A stretch of 64,000 nucleotides of DNA from Ophelia neglecta. Its lineage: Eukaryota. Below, one piece after another: positions 48,185 to 63,100 of the stretch. The position numbers and the translations under genes are program-made. Position 1 is the first letter of the stretch, and each line of letters starts with the position of its first letter. A model generated the notes under the pieces. It was given only the letters and a program-made list of their open reading frames with translations. It was not told the origin of the DNA and did not search any database. The stretch is from assembly GCA_965285935.1 (NCBI GenBank), contig OZ260667.1:7874001-7938000 (forward strand), written 5' to 3'.

Positions 48185-51100
48185 CTAATCTCTATCATCC
48201 TCTTTGTTTACCGCAGTTCTGAAAAGAGACATTTACGTGATTAATATGGGTATAAATTTATGATATATGACATAAATTTGGTAATAACTGCATGGTATTG
48301 CAGATTTAATTGTTTTAAACCGTTCGAAAAATGGTTTATTCAGGCAAAATCACAAATGAATCTAATGATTCTAAAGCCGGCTTGCGGTGCCGACTACGGT
48401 GTCTGACTGTTTCAGATTTTAATCCTAATTCTGCCCCTCCCCCCCCCCCCCTTCACTCATTCATTCGCCGAATTGGTTTGGAACAGTAAGTATTACGTTT
48501 TAAATTCGAATCCAGTGATTTCATTGCCGGTCAGAGGTCAGAGCGTGAATTATTTCGAGTTTAAAATTGTTACTTTTTTAATGACGGAAACTTTGATGCA
48601 TGCCAACTTATTCCTTACCTGATTTTTAAATTACAAACGTGTCTGAATAAGAATGAGTTTTATACATTCTTCAAACGTACGTTATTTATCTAGAATTAAT
48701 AAGGCCCATTAACATGAAATCCCCATCCCCACTCCATGGCATGCCACTAAAATGGGAATTTTGACTCTTACTTATCAAATGCCGGCAGAGGTTTGTCAAA
48801 TCCTCTTCTTCCGAACAGCCAATATGTCATTTGAAGTCCCTTTCCCTGGAAAATGAAGACAAACAATTAGAAAAAAAACTTTAAAAATCCCTGTTTCTCG
48901 AAGCGGTCTTGCTGTGCGGGATTATACCAGCCTTTTACCATTAGCTGAAACCTGCCTTTTGTACATTTCTGGAACCTAACCATATACCAGGAAAACATTC
49001 AAGACTAAAATTATTAGGTTCAAGACCAAATCTAACTTCCAGAAATCGGGCTTAGACAGCTAACACCGATTAAGCACTTTGTATCCATGGAAGTATACAG
49101 GACAACACATCCTTTATGGATTTGCCTTTTGTCTGCTCATAATTCGAACTATACAGAAGATAAAATCACAAACTCTACCAATGTCATTGGTATGTTATGT
49201 GGATCAAATGAATTATAGAAATTCAGCGAATTAGCGTTAAGACTTAAAAAGCTTGTAAGGCTTAAAACTAATGTTATTGCTTGTTAAGATGAACATTCTT
49301 TCAGTCTATAGGGCAAGAAGTATCTCCTTATAATTTGCAACATCTTGATAATATTGCTTTTTCAATAGTATCACCAAATTTTAGACCTATAGTTTCCGAA
49401 AAGTTCACAGCCAGGCTTCAGGAAACTGTCTTCACTACTTAGCTCTGATTAAAATCAGGATAAAATGCTTAATGGGTCTTAACTAGCTAATCGTGTTTTC
49501 TTAAGGGTCTTAAGCTTAGTCTTTGTCAATGTAAAAACTGATAAGCGTGGTCTAAGCTAATATGTTATAAGTTAATGCGGTGCCCCCCATGCTGGCGTCT
49601 ATCGAGGACTTAATGGGGGTCTCCCTGACTGCGAAGGCACATCGTTACTTGTTGTAAATATTTATGTTTGGTTTGCTTGATGATCAATCGTATTTTGTGT
49701 CTTCTTAATTACATTTTATATTGCAGTTGTACTCGCTCTATATTGGTCAAATTGTTTCTGAATCTAATCTTATCCAAAAACTGAATACCGCTGTCAGAAA
49801 CCAGTGCCGGGCTGCTATACATACCTCTTCTAATCAAGACGTTATGTTATGTTATGTAAGTTTACCTTAATATTCATTTCTCCCCTTGGCGCCATCTCGT
49901 AACCTCCGGCAGATGCTAGGTATCCGTGTGTAGACCTACTCATATGGATCCTCAACGCTGCGCAAAAAGGGAAAAAAAATCGTTTACACTCTATATTAAT
50001 AGTTTTCAGTCATAAACATCGATTTATAAGCGAGGGAGCGACAGCTTTATGGCGTGCCCAGTATGAGACAAAGTTGTGATTCCAATCTTACATTAACAAT
50101 GGTTTCAGGTATATCAAGAGGGCTATGAGTTTTCCTATGTTACAATACAGTGGGACGAATACCTACGTTTTCCACTGGATTCCATTCTCGCTGCCACGTT
50201 AACAGCTTCTCCGAAAAGACAGTATCTTGGCATCATAAGGCCGACTACGCCAGCCACGACAGGGCCACTGTGAAGACCTAACAAACACAGATAGGGGCGT
50301 CAAATATCAACCCAGCATGATAGCATCAAGGTCGCATCTAGACAGCAATCATGTGCCAGATATAATATAAGCGATGTCAAATTTCGGCATCATATCAATT
50401 CTTCACATAATGCTTACACCATGTTTACGTGCGGACCACAGCAAAACTTAACTCGAAATCATTCATCAAAGGGATGTCTCACATTTAAGTCAATATATAA
50501 CACGTGGTATAATACTATGACCAGAACATAGTCAATAGTCAAAGGCCTATATCAAAGTATATCTATATATACGTATATCCATGTATATTCATTTGTGTGC
50601 GCTAGAATGTTCTAATGGAATACAGGCAGCGTCTATTTCAACACGTACTTCTTTTTTAAAGCTAAGTTATGAAAAAACAAAAGAAACTATTATTGCTTCC
50701 TAACTTATTTTACCTATCTTTGCTCTTCCTCTCTTTGAAAACATTACTGGCAATGCTGCCTGTTCCCAAAAACTCACCAATTCTAAGCTGTAATTGTTGA
50801 GCTGGTCTGTGACGTATTTTGAAGTGGGTGACTGTACTGAGAAGGTCGAGGGAGACATTGGCGATCTCCGCGGCATGTCTTTTACCATTTCTTACTGGTA
50901 CTCCACTCACAACCATGTACGCATCCCCGATTGTCTCGACCTGTCAACAAGCAAGAACTGGCTGTGGTAAAGGTAAGCTTTTACTCATAATTCCGTGGCA
51001 TGGCAGGTTAGGAAATGGCTATTTCTATTTGGAGATAATAGGTGGATATTATTGATTCGCCAGTATAACATTATTTTAAGTACTGTCGTTTTAGATTAGC

Positions 51101-54100
51101 GTATTATTGGGTTTCATAGGACCATATGAAGTAGCATTGCATTTAGTTGTATCCTGATGGGTTGTTTCTTAATGAGTCACTCTGGGCTCAATATCATACT
51201 TACTTTATACACGTCATGTTTAGAAATGATATCATCGAAACAGGTATACAAGTCATTCAAAAAGTCAACGATCTGAAAGCAACATTATTTTCATGAAACT
51301 GAGATATTGATGATTCTTTCAAAATAGTAGAGCAAAAAATTCATAGATATGTTAGTAACTTGGTCTTATGATCTGAACGAAAATGAGAAAATAAAAATCA
51401 TGCCTATTAATGAATTATTCGTTCTACAAATAATATGACATATACTTTATGGATCGAATTATGATGTTAAGATTAATTATGATATGAAATTTATCAACAT
51501 AACTAGTTTACTGGATATATTTGAAAGGAACTGAACTGATTCTTAAACATTGGTAAAAAATGGTTAAAATGTAGACAACAATGAATTATACAGTGATTTG
51601 ATTATTTGCTTTTGTTGTAGACATGTACATGGTTACTATACTAGCAGAAATCAATAAATGTTATATCGGTATTAAACATAAGTTTACCAACCTGCATTGG
51701 ACTGCTATCTGAGGATATGGTGGTAAACCCAACAATGTCAGAGAAATAGATCGTCGACTGGTCATAGTTTTCTGGTTGTACACATTTTCCCAACTTTAAT
51801 TGCTCAGCTACGCTCCTGCAAATAGACAAACCAGTAAGTGAACATGTAATAGGTCTATCTAAAACCCAAATAAGCGGACATTTCTGAGTGTCATCTTTTA
51901 GGTACACACGGTTAATTCGAAAGAATCATTTAAGTCGCTAATACGAGAGCAAATCCAATAACAGATCCTACATGATACACCAATCAGTGTCAAAGTACTT
52001 TCAAAATCTCTTTGTCCGAGTGGCATGACAAAGCAAGTTACACCAACATAAAACAGTTAAATGTCTTTGCCCTCAATTTATCTAAGCTACTCGTGGAGTT
52101 TTTTAGACTGAAGGCCTTAACCAATGCTGTTATACAACACTCAATGCAAACAAGAACTGTCTGTCGGTTTAAATGCTAGCGTCGGTATTAACTAGAGATA
52201 ATATAGCTTTAAAATTCTATATTAAGTTATTAAGCACTTTCCCGATTCCGACATATTAACATAAGCACCATGTGTTGCACGTGCAATTAAATATGAAAGA
52301 CTTCCGTATTTGAAAATCAATCGCAGAGTTGGTTCATTTTGTGCAATTTTGCACGCAAATGATTCGTTATATGTGTCACTAAATAAGCCCTAGGATTTGA
52401 AGGAGATATTTAATTTGAAAAAACATATACGCAATCAATCGTAACAAACTTCTAACCGACGAAAAATGGAATAACATACGAGGGCAGCATTCTGTAGAGA
52501 AGTCTGTCCGTCTTCTTCTTCTCCTCCACCAACTGTTGTGTTCGCTCATCTACAATCTCTTCCAAGTTGTATGCGTACTTCTCCATCATGCTCATGATGT
52601 TGTCCATGATATTGATTCTGTGACAACATTGGTACATTAACGCATGAATTTATCTACATGTATATAGAAAGTAGGTCCAAAAAGGATAACCGAAACAGGA
52701 TATTCTTAAATTTAATAATTGTATTATGGTTTTTCTTTCAAATTATTTCCTGGCATCGAGTATAATAACACTATATGTATCCGACACACGAAAGATGTTC
52801 CAATTCATTTGCTTTTTGAGTAACTTGAGAAAGGTTCTGTATTAATTTAATGTGGGAATTTGAAGTTCTGTGCCTGAATGAACACTAACTTGCTCCAATG
52901 ATTAATTGCTGATCATATTACTGACATATAAAAATAACTGCTTGTACACTACTAATGCACTCCGCGGATTTTGTTCGCACGCACATTGCGATCATCAGAT
53001 TAGTAATGATGATATTCATAGAACAACTACCGTGAGACCTACCTTTAAGACCACATCTATATTTACACCACCTGCCAAATCAGTCCACTAATATAACGCC
53101 TATATTGTACATTTTCAATGTAAAATAAAATGTATAAACCTCGGCCTTCATATTCAGACCACAACTTTTAGTACATGTACCATCTGAAATCACTAATTTC
53201 ACAGAACAAGAAACCCCCGTTGAAAAGAAAAGAAAAAAGAATAGTGAAGTACTGAAAAGAGAACGTACTCTCCTCCTGCCATCTTTTTGAGAATGACTCT
53301 AATTTGAGGGAATGTAGGCCGCTGACCGGTATCTTCGCTCCAAGCGCTCCTGATCAGATCCACCATTTGTTTGGGGATCTCCATGGTGTCCGGCAGCTTA
53401 GGACGGAAGGGGATGGATTCCCCATTCCGGACACGGTTCACTGCATCTGAAACGATATAAACGTGCCAATCAACTATCTACAGTGAAACCTGCCTTAAAT
53501 AATCCTCTATAATTATACCACCTGTAAGTTCAGACCACTAATATGAGGACCATGATGTATACTTTCAATGTTAAATAACCGTCTAAACAGACTACCTCTG
53601 AAATCAGACCAGCATTTTCCAGTCTCTTAGGTGGTCTTAATTCGCAGGTTTCACTGGATATCTAACAAGGTAACATTTATCAATAACATGGACAGTGGAA
53701 TATACAATCACCATCGACATGGCGAATAGTTTGTTTCCAATATTTGCACACATATTTTGTAGCCTGGTAATGTTAAAAATGTATGAAGGCTTGGAATGAA
53801 CTGTTTTACTTTAAAACGTTACTGAAGTTTACGTTGAAAGTAGACATTAATTTTTCTTATGTTGCGAATAAGTTATACCTCTTGGAGTCATATCTTCAAA
53901 CGTAAAAGGCTCAGATCTTGTCATCACCTCAAACCCGATGACGGCAAAGCTGTAGACATCGCCTTTCTGTGTGCCTCTCTTAGGTGGGAAATTCTCACGA
54001 AGTATCTCCGGGGAAGTCCATAGCTTCTCTGGTAAGGGAGGGAATCAAGAGTGGACGAATTTACATTAGCAAATCCAATAAAGCATTTATCAATATTTTT

Positions 54101-57100
54101 CCGATTGATAAATTTTATATTCCTTCATTTCGTATTTAAATACAGACGATAGACAGCATGTCCCATAATAAAAAGCAGGAGTCGATACCCGACAGACAAC
54201 GAAAAATCATTAACAAGGAAAAGTCAATTAAATCAATCCGAAATCGTCAAGAACCAGCTCACATACATCAGTACCCAGCTCCCCAACAGTAAATAAATGT
54301 GTAGTGAAAACACAAATCACTTGCTCTACAGTTTTCCATGAAGCCACTCAGAGCAAAACAGAAAAGAATCAGTGGTCAATGTATAGGTAAAGTTTACCCA
54401 TTGATATTAATATGATTAAAACAATACTTACTGCTAAATATATCAGCGTCAGATTCATTGCCAGTGTTTTGTCCGGAGAGGAAACTTGATAATCCATAAT
54501 CAGTTATCTGTCCAACATAAACCAAAATTCTTTGGTAACTGTTATTAATAAATATATTATTTTTTTAACATCTGTTGTATTCTTCAAAACCAATTAATAT
54601 ATGGCGAATAAGCTAACCATAACTTTATACATCTTCAAATAGATGCTTTTTTCGAGTTTTCCCATCGCAAAGTAATCATTCACTACATATGTGGAGAATC
54701 TTCTCTAACAGAACGACATAACTCTTTGCCAAATTATGTAGGGCAACTTACTCTCACCATCCAACGAGCATCAACCAAGCAATTAGAACTCTTTAAGTTC
54801 CCGTGAGAATTAAGATGGCTCCTATGTATATAGTCCATTCCTTTGCAAATGTCAGTCAAAAAGCTCATTTTAAAGCTTTCGTCTACCTTGATATCATCAT
54901 TCATGACTATGTCCTGCAATGAAAGAAGTAAATATTATACATGTCAGTGTCTTGCAATGGGTTTTCCGACTTGTATCCCATTCGCATTTGCTGTCAAAGG
55001 AAAGGAAAGAATATGATAATCATCAGCGTGATTAAGGAAACCAAATAAATTTGAATGGGTGACTGAATGAATACATATAAAAAATGGAAGGAGAAGCCAG
55101 CTGTTGCACGATAGCTATTATTGCTGAATCCAACAACGTTAACATAAGTTTGGTCAACAAACATGTAATGTTTAAGCACAAGTTAAAGACGTATGTGTAT
55201 ATATCTCAAAACCGTATTCTCCGCAAAAAAGTGCCTTTAATATTTATATGGTGATTTATAATTAAAAACCGAGGGTAAGAGTTTTAAAATTGAAAGATTT
55301 TGACAGATAAAATGAGGATGCGCATTTATTTACTTTGGACGCTTATTACAGAGAACACGGTAGTAGTCACTAATGCCAGAGTCTGTATATAAGAGACATG
55401 AGACCATTAATTTTAAAGGGTTATTCTCGTTTTTAGAAGAACAAATGACATATGAACTCATACCTGTAAGCTCCCACGAGGACAGTAATGCCAAACTAGA
55501 CAGATGTTTGGAGGGTCAATGCATGCTCCAACAAACACATTCAGGTTTTCGTGCGCTATGTCCTTTATCTGGAAGGTTATAAAAGAAATATTATTCAGGG
55601 CCTCGTTTATGGAACTGCTTTTAACCCTAAACTTGGATTTACTTAATCCGTGTTAACTTGCTAATCGGACTTTTGGAAACTGGATGATCTGAAACTTGGC
55701 CATTTTGGGTGAAACTTAAACCTGGTCAACGCCATTTAATGCCGTCTTGGCTAATCAGCAATAGATTGATCAAACCCTAAGATAAAGACCCCTTCTAGAA
55801 CCAGACATAGGTGAACAATTAAGTTTCCAATTATATTCGCTTCGTAAAAGATTAACATCCGAATGAAAGGATACCTTTATCCATGGCATTGACCCTCGTA
55901 AAGGAGTCGCTCGTTATGTGGTCATTCTTAGTGTAAGAAACATACTTGTCCTTTATCTTTCAAAAACCTTAAACACCCTTTATAATACGAGTCTTTCAGA
56001 ATATTGCAGGCGCAGAGGAATATGAAACAAATTATGTACGATCCCAGAACAGAGCAAACCTATTCCAAATGTAGCAACTTAGCAGGGGGTCGATAGAAAT
56101 TGACAGAGAGAGAGAGAGATAAAACAGTCCTACAATAACCGCTGACAAATAAATGTTATCCAACAAGAAATATAAAGAAAGAAAGGAATCAAATGAACCT
56201 TTTATTTGTATCTAACTGATGGCTTTATATGATCTCACACCAAAAGATAATTCTTTGATATACATTTGCTTTTAATTATGGATTGGTGATCATAGAACTT
56301 GGTTTGGAACATGCTGAATAGCACACGCGTGACAATCATTGATTCCAGCACTGCAGTAACTAACGGTTTAAACACTAAATGTTAGAGGGTGTGACTTTGT
56401 AGTCTGAGACTCCAATCTAGATAAAGACAGAAAAGGAATTTCGACTTGCCTCATTGAACTCTACCAAGACCTGTCGTGACAGCTGTATGTGCTCCTTCTT
56501 GATGTGTTTCAAGGCAACAAGAGTACCTACAGAATGGCGGAATTACGTTTTCTATGACATCCTTCGAAGTGACAAAACAACATATGGAAGAAGCAATGTT
56601 ATTACATCTGGTATTTGAACTTGGTAATGTCTTTCCAATAAAACACTCGAAAGAAATACGAGTATTGGACACTAATATAATCACATATTGCAGTAATGAG
56701 CAAGTGCATAATTTGATTTAATTTGTACAAACAAGCGAATATGATGAGCCTCTTTAATGAAGACAATATATTTCCGAGTGCCAACACTATTGACACTTCA
56801 ACATTCTAGTTGTTACCTTTATAATAACCCACATCGGAGAAGATCTGATTCTGTGTATTCCCAAAGCTTGAAATACTTTTCATGTGTGATGTACTTCCAC
56901 CTAGTTAAAGAAAAAAGGGAGCTTTAGATGGTAATGACCAATCTACAGTATGGTTTACGACAATGGACACCGAATTTTTGCATCTTGCGATTTCAGGTAT
57001 AGGACGATCTGAGAAAATCACAACCTCTGCGGAAATTTCTTCAACTAATAATATTTATATTGGGAAATTGTCGACGAATTTGTCTAAAAGGCGCAAAGAC

Positions 57101-60100
57101 GGCGGCAACTTAAACCATGATTGTTATTATGAACAGGATGTACCATATTGGCCATGAGGTCAAAGGGGTGTAAATTTGAAGTTATTGCGTTTAATGCTAT
57201 AAAAATAGCTTCGTTTTACATATTGTCCAGTGGGTTGCAGAAATAAGTACACATGGAACAATATGACCATCAGCCACGATACTTAATCCTGTCATATAAG
57301 CCGCGTAAGGCATAGCCCGACTTTGATGTTAATGAAATCGAGCTGTGCCCTCTTTTCAAACCGTGTTGCCAATTTCGTAGTTCTATGTGTTTCGTAGAAA
57401 CTGACCTTCTAAATAAATATGGCACAATTTATCAATGAAACGGAATATTTTGTACTGCCATAAGCCTGAGAAATTTAACAATATGAATGTACCCCGACCG
57501 ACCCCAGTCGAGAAATAACGCGGCAATTACTGATTTGCGGAATTACACAAAAACTCAGTAATGTGCTTTCAATAAAAAGAAACACTGTCAAATGTGTAAA
57601 CCTGGATATACAATTTCCAGCAGAGCAACTGATGCTGGTGAAGGCATGCAGCCGGGTCCCCTATCCAGTGCAACCCCGGCATAATATGCAAGTTGTGTTT
57701 CATATTGATAAAATAATATCGTTAAAATACGTGATTGAATAATCGGCAAACAAAGAAAAATCATTATTTAAAAGTTTCTATCTAAAAAGGTCCGAAATCA
57801 GCACGATATGAGTAAGTCAGTCTTCAGCCGCCAAACAGTAAATTAACTTCTACGAAATGCAAATTCAAAAACAAAAAAATGATATCACTTGTAAAAAAGA
57901 GTAGTCAAATGTTTTCCATGAGGCGAGTCAAATCACCAAACAGAACAAACGAGTCAGTGGTCAACGAAGGGCAGAGAAGAAAAATACCCCAGCAAGACTC
58001 ACAACCAAAGCGTGGCCGAGGGGTTAGGGTATCCGCCTCGCAAGTGGTAGATTGGGGTTCAAATCCCGATCATGTCAAACCCAAGAAGCAAAAATAGGTA
58101 CTGATAGATCCCCTGCCAGGCGCCCAGTATATCGGGGGTAGTATCAGGACTGGTCAGCCCGTTGTCAGTATAATGTGACTGGGTGGGGTTCCCTGTCTGG
58201 TGTCTACGGCAGGTATTCCATTGAGCCCAATGTCATAGGTAGGCACCGTGGCGATATGACCGATAAGTGTTGAATCCATGTAAAACCTCAAACAGCCAAC
58301 CAACTGACCCAGCAATAGTCTCATAACGTTAGAGACTACAGATGAGCGTGTCTCAGTAAATACAACACATGCTGAATAACAACATGCTATCAAATCTCCT
58401 CAATAGTGCTGTGTAATAGTATTTGTGAAAAGTTAACCAGTCATGCCGAAGACGACCTAAAGTAGCTATATGCTGGTACAAAGTATTTATACTATAACCC
58501 TCATTGGCAAAGATTCTTTATGGGTTTTAACTTTTTAGTCAGGTTCAGATTAATGGGTCTAATCATATTTGATACCTTTACCTTTAGTGGACCCGCACGC
58601 CACATGTAACCATTTAAATCAAGGTTTTGTTAATGGGCTTACTCGTCTTCAATACCTGACACCTAGTAAGTTCTCTCGCCGCTTGTTATCATTTTAATCA
58701 AGGTCCAGTGCTCGAAATGGCCACTCGCACGCTCGCAAAATGCGAGGAAATATTGATTTGGGCGAGTTAATTTCTTATGACAGTCGCCTATGTAGCTGCC
58801 TTCGGGCGAGTGCACAATCCACTCGCATTTTCATTCATTCGCCAGAGTACAGTTGATGCATTTCAGCAGATTATTCGCCGGCATTCGATGCCGGCGAATA
58901 CCGCATAATGCCTACTATCCACATCAACATCAAAACAGGGACCAACCCGTTCCGCGTTTCAAAGACGTGCCTTTGCATCCATATGCCGCTTAGCGAAGGA
59001 TTTATGAGTCTACTCATTCTCAATACCTTACAACTAGTAAGCCTGCTCGACGCTTGTGACCGACCATATTATTCAAGGTCAGATTAATGGGTGTACTCAT
59101 CCTCCATATTTTACAATAGTAAGCCCGCTAACCGCTTGCAACATTTGCTGTGCCAAACTACAGTCAAAAGCTTACTTTGTCTCTCCGCGCAATAAGCAAA
59201 GGCTTTTAAAGTTCCTTGTAGAATCATCGCATGTTCTAACCAGTGGGCCATTTTTCTATTAAAACTTTTTTCTTTTGAGATATTCACGCAATCTCCCATT
59301 TTTCGAAGTCGCGTGTACGCGTGTTAGCGTGTACGCTAAAACAAAACAAGCGGCGCCGATTGGCGTGAAAAATAATGTTAACCTTGTTAACCTATAACAT
59401 TACAAAAAAGTCTAATACTTGTGAACATTCTTAAGTGCCCTAAATGGTGTTGCTTTACCTTTACTGGTGGATGGTTCACTGGATCCATCTTGGTTACTGC
59501 CAGATCCAGTGGTCCCTGAGTATTGCTGCAAAGATGATCAATGTACACTCACATTACAACGAGGGGCTACTGACATGAGCAGACACACAGGAACAGGCTT
59601 TTGTTATGATGTCTTCAAATGAGTAACATTTCTAAATAGCAATATAATTCGGCGTCATAAACATGAGCAAGGGATTATGCAACCTTGCTCTCTCAAGCTT
59701 CATGTCCTTAATTTTTCATCTTTACGGTAATATTAAATTCAATGCTCTCATACGTCCAACGGTCAGGTATCAGGACTGAAGTATGTAGACATTTATTATG
59801 GATTTGGTAGAACTGTTTACTTTTTTATTTAAATTTTTTATATTTACAATTTAATAATAGCATGAATAAAGGGCAAAAGAACATAGATGGTTTAGAAAGA
59901 AGGTTCTCGTTATCCCAAAATCCCTTTTTCGGGATTATGGAAAGTATTTTCATCTTTATCGGTTTAATGACCATATAAGCTAAAACCAGTAAAATATAAG
60001 TCATATAAAAATGGCATCACATAGGCCTCTTGGCAAAAGCATGCGAACACTCATAACGTATTTTCGCACTTATAAGCGCTTGTGACAAACAGCGAATTTC

Positions 60101-63100
60101 GCCTATTGTCCACTTAAAAGATTATATCAGCGCATACGTCTATATTCGAATATAGGCGAAGTAAGTGCATATATTAATATCGGCGATGGGGGAATCCAAT
60201 TAACGTTTATTTTGAAAGAAGCACATATTAACTAGTGACCCCTCAGGTAAGTGTTCAATAATCAGTTGCATCTTATTTATGCACCTTCGTCGGTATAGCC
60301 TGAAATCTATTATAATTGGATCTAGACACTATTAATTGTGTGTGACGAAACTGATTTTAAGCATTATAAACCCTTCCTATATTGGCGCATTGTAATGTTA
60401 ATATGCTCTCTGCTACGCTGGGCCAAATACTCACACTGCCACTTTTCAGTGTAATTCTTGAATGCTGTCCTTTCTTATGCGCCATTTCTATATCTGCAAA
60501 ATCGATGCGCCAAGACTGTATCAGGAGCGTTGTTTCATACTGATTTTTTCTGAAAAATATAAAAATATTGAAGTTAAATGATAGTGAATGCTTTATGATC
60601 CTTTGTTTCCGATACATAAATGATGAGAAACTTTTTAGTTACATAACTTCAATCTAAAGTACTTCTAGTGTGATTAGTTAGTTTGGTTTCTCAAAGACAT
60701 AAAAATAGAACTTGGGCGTAAGTGCCATATAGGCGAGTTCAGTCACAGAACAATTTTGGTGTATTTTTGTTAGCAATGTTTTTGTGTGTCAGCTCCGTTC
60801 TTGGCATCATTCGTCAACCTTAATTATTTTATGCCTTCCAGTTATTTGCTCGCTATTCTCTACATAGAGAAAATGACCACCAGAATTGAAAACTTTGATG
60901 GGTAATGAAAATATTGTGTCGCTAGAAATGGCAATTGTTACTAAGAACTAAATGAAAAAACATGGCTGCTACTGACCTGTAGATGAAGAAAGACATGACT
61001 GACATCGCTACGACCAAGACGCAGCCTGCGACAGCACATACTACAATCACCCACTTGGCAACTGCAAAAAAATATTGCTGAATGGCAGATATAAATCAGC
61101 GGAAATAATTAAGAAGTGGTCTGGCGGCCATTGGGGAGCTACAAAGATTTATGACTCCATAATTACGACTAATATGAATGGTTAGTTTCTCACCTCCTTT
61201 TGACTGACAATTTTCGCCCATGAATCCACAGATAGGCACATCCCTTGGAGCGTATTGGTGTCCAACTTTGCCACCAGGCCATTTAGGCTCTAAGATGTTG
61301 TTTCGGAACACCTGCGAGGTTACAAAATTGTCTACATTAATATCACATTGTAACTAATTGCTTTACCAGGGTAATGAGTTAATTAAATACACCAAGTTGC
61401 ATATGAACAACGCATAAGTTCTTGTATTGTTATAATTTAATCTAGTGTGGGAAGTGACATGTTATCTTATAGTAGTTGAACAAGCTTTAAAATAGGAACG
61501 GTTTTCCAATTTATTAACAAATAAATTATCGCGACGTTGCTATTATGAATGTTGCAGAAAAGTGCGATAATGCAGATTAAAGCACTAAAAGAGCCGGTCT
61601 TCCATTCGAAACAAACGTGTGATCCTATTGCTAAGGCATCCTTTACCGATTGAAAGCAAACAATACATTGGCCTAACAATATAAAAAAAATTACCCGCCT
61701 GAATGATGCAGTGTGGAGTTTCACAGCATACTATAATGGTAAATATGAAAATTGTCTGCCACGCTTTCATCAGCCATTTGCCGCGTGCAGTGTCTCAGAT
61801 CACTTACCTGTCTGCAATTTGCCATGTGGAGTCTCTAAGATCACTAACCGATGTGCAATTTGCTGTGTGGAGTATCTCAGATTACTCACCCATCCGCCAT
61901 TTGCTGTGTGCAGTATCTCAGATCACTTAACCATATGCCATTTACTGTGTGGGGTATCTCAGATCACTCACCCGTCAGCCATTTGCTGTGTGCAGTATCT
62001 CAGATCACTTACCAGGATGCCATTTACCGTGTGGATTATCTCAGATCACTCACCCGTCCGCCATTTGCTGTGCGGAGTATCTCAGATTACTCAACCGTCC
62101 GCCATTTGCTGTGCGGAGTATCTCAGATAACTTACCCGTCCGCCATGTGCCGTGTGGAGTATTTTGGACCACTTACCCGTCCGCCATTTGCCGTGTTGAG
62201 TATCTCAGCACATTTGAGGAAGACACCAGTGGCTGGCTCCATATCCAATATCCAGTAATCTGGTTCTCGGTCGCCAAGTTCATCCAAAATAACATTTCCC
62301 GATATTCCTAAATAACAACTGTTCATAAGTTAGACAATTTCCAAGAAATGTTAGATTTCTAGACTTAACTTGTAAATAGCATTACACAATACAAGAACGG
62401 GCAACAAAGGAACAAAAATGGTCTTACAATTACTCCAGGAATTGCCCGAGTCATATGTCTTTTCTCAGAATTACTCAATAACCCAAATTCTCCGAAGTCA
62501 ACATTTTAACCCTCATATTTAAAAAAAATACTAATGTACTGTTATCTGGTATCACGATAAACATATCCTTTGCCAGCGTGATACACAAGTATCATTATAT
62601 ATTAATGTTTGAAGGCACAATATACAATGAATTATACCTTTATATAGCACATTCTTCATGTTCTTAGCTACTGTAAGTCCGCTTTCGGGGTTTCCGCCAT
62701 CACGCAGTGTTGCGTTCAAACCAATAGCATAAAGTATTACAGCATCATGAAGGAAGGGGCTGTATTTGTCACCCATCAGAAACTGGTATTCACGCTGGAA
62801 TATACAGCAGTTCACCCATCAGTTTCATAAATTTATTCCTATTGGTTAAATTCGACAGGCACTTTGCAATAGGATCAAACCTCATGTATGAATTCAGATC
62901 ATCTTGTAAGTATATACACAACAGTGCCAATAACCTCGTTTATTTTTAATGAGAAACACAAATATACCATTTTGCGCCACGTTCTCAAGTTGAAAATATA
63001 AAGTAAGAGCCCCTTTTTGAAATGAACTAAGACCAACATGATAAAAACAAAAAGGTATATATTGCACTAAAAAAGAATGTGGCTGATAGTTTTAATATTT

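Noticed and set aside
58009-58082. tRNA gene
   Set aside because: A and B boxes are present but no complete cloverleaf is evident, and it continues into a SINE core and tail.
61703-62311. Cys/His-rich plus-strand ORFs
   Set aside because: They come from the 41-bp repeat and lie antisense to the cyclase exon and intron.
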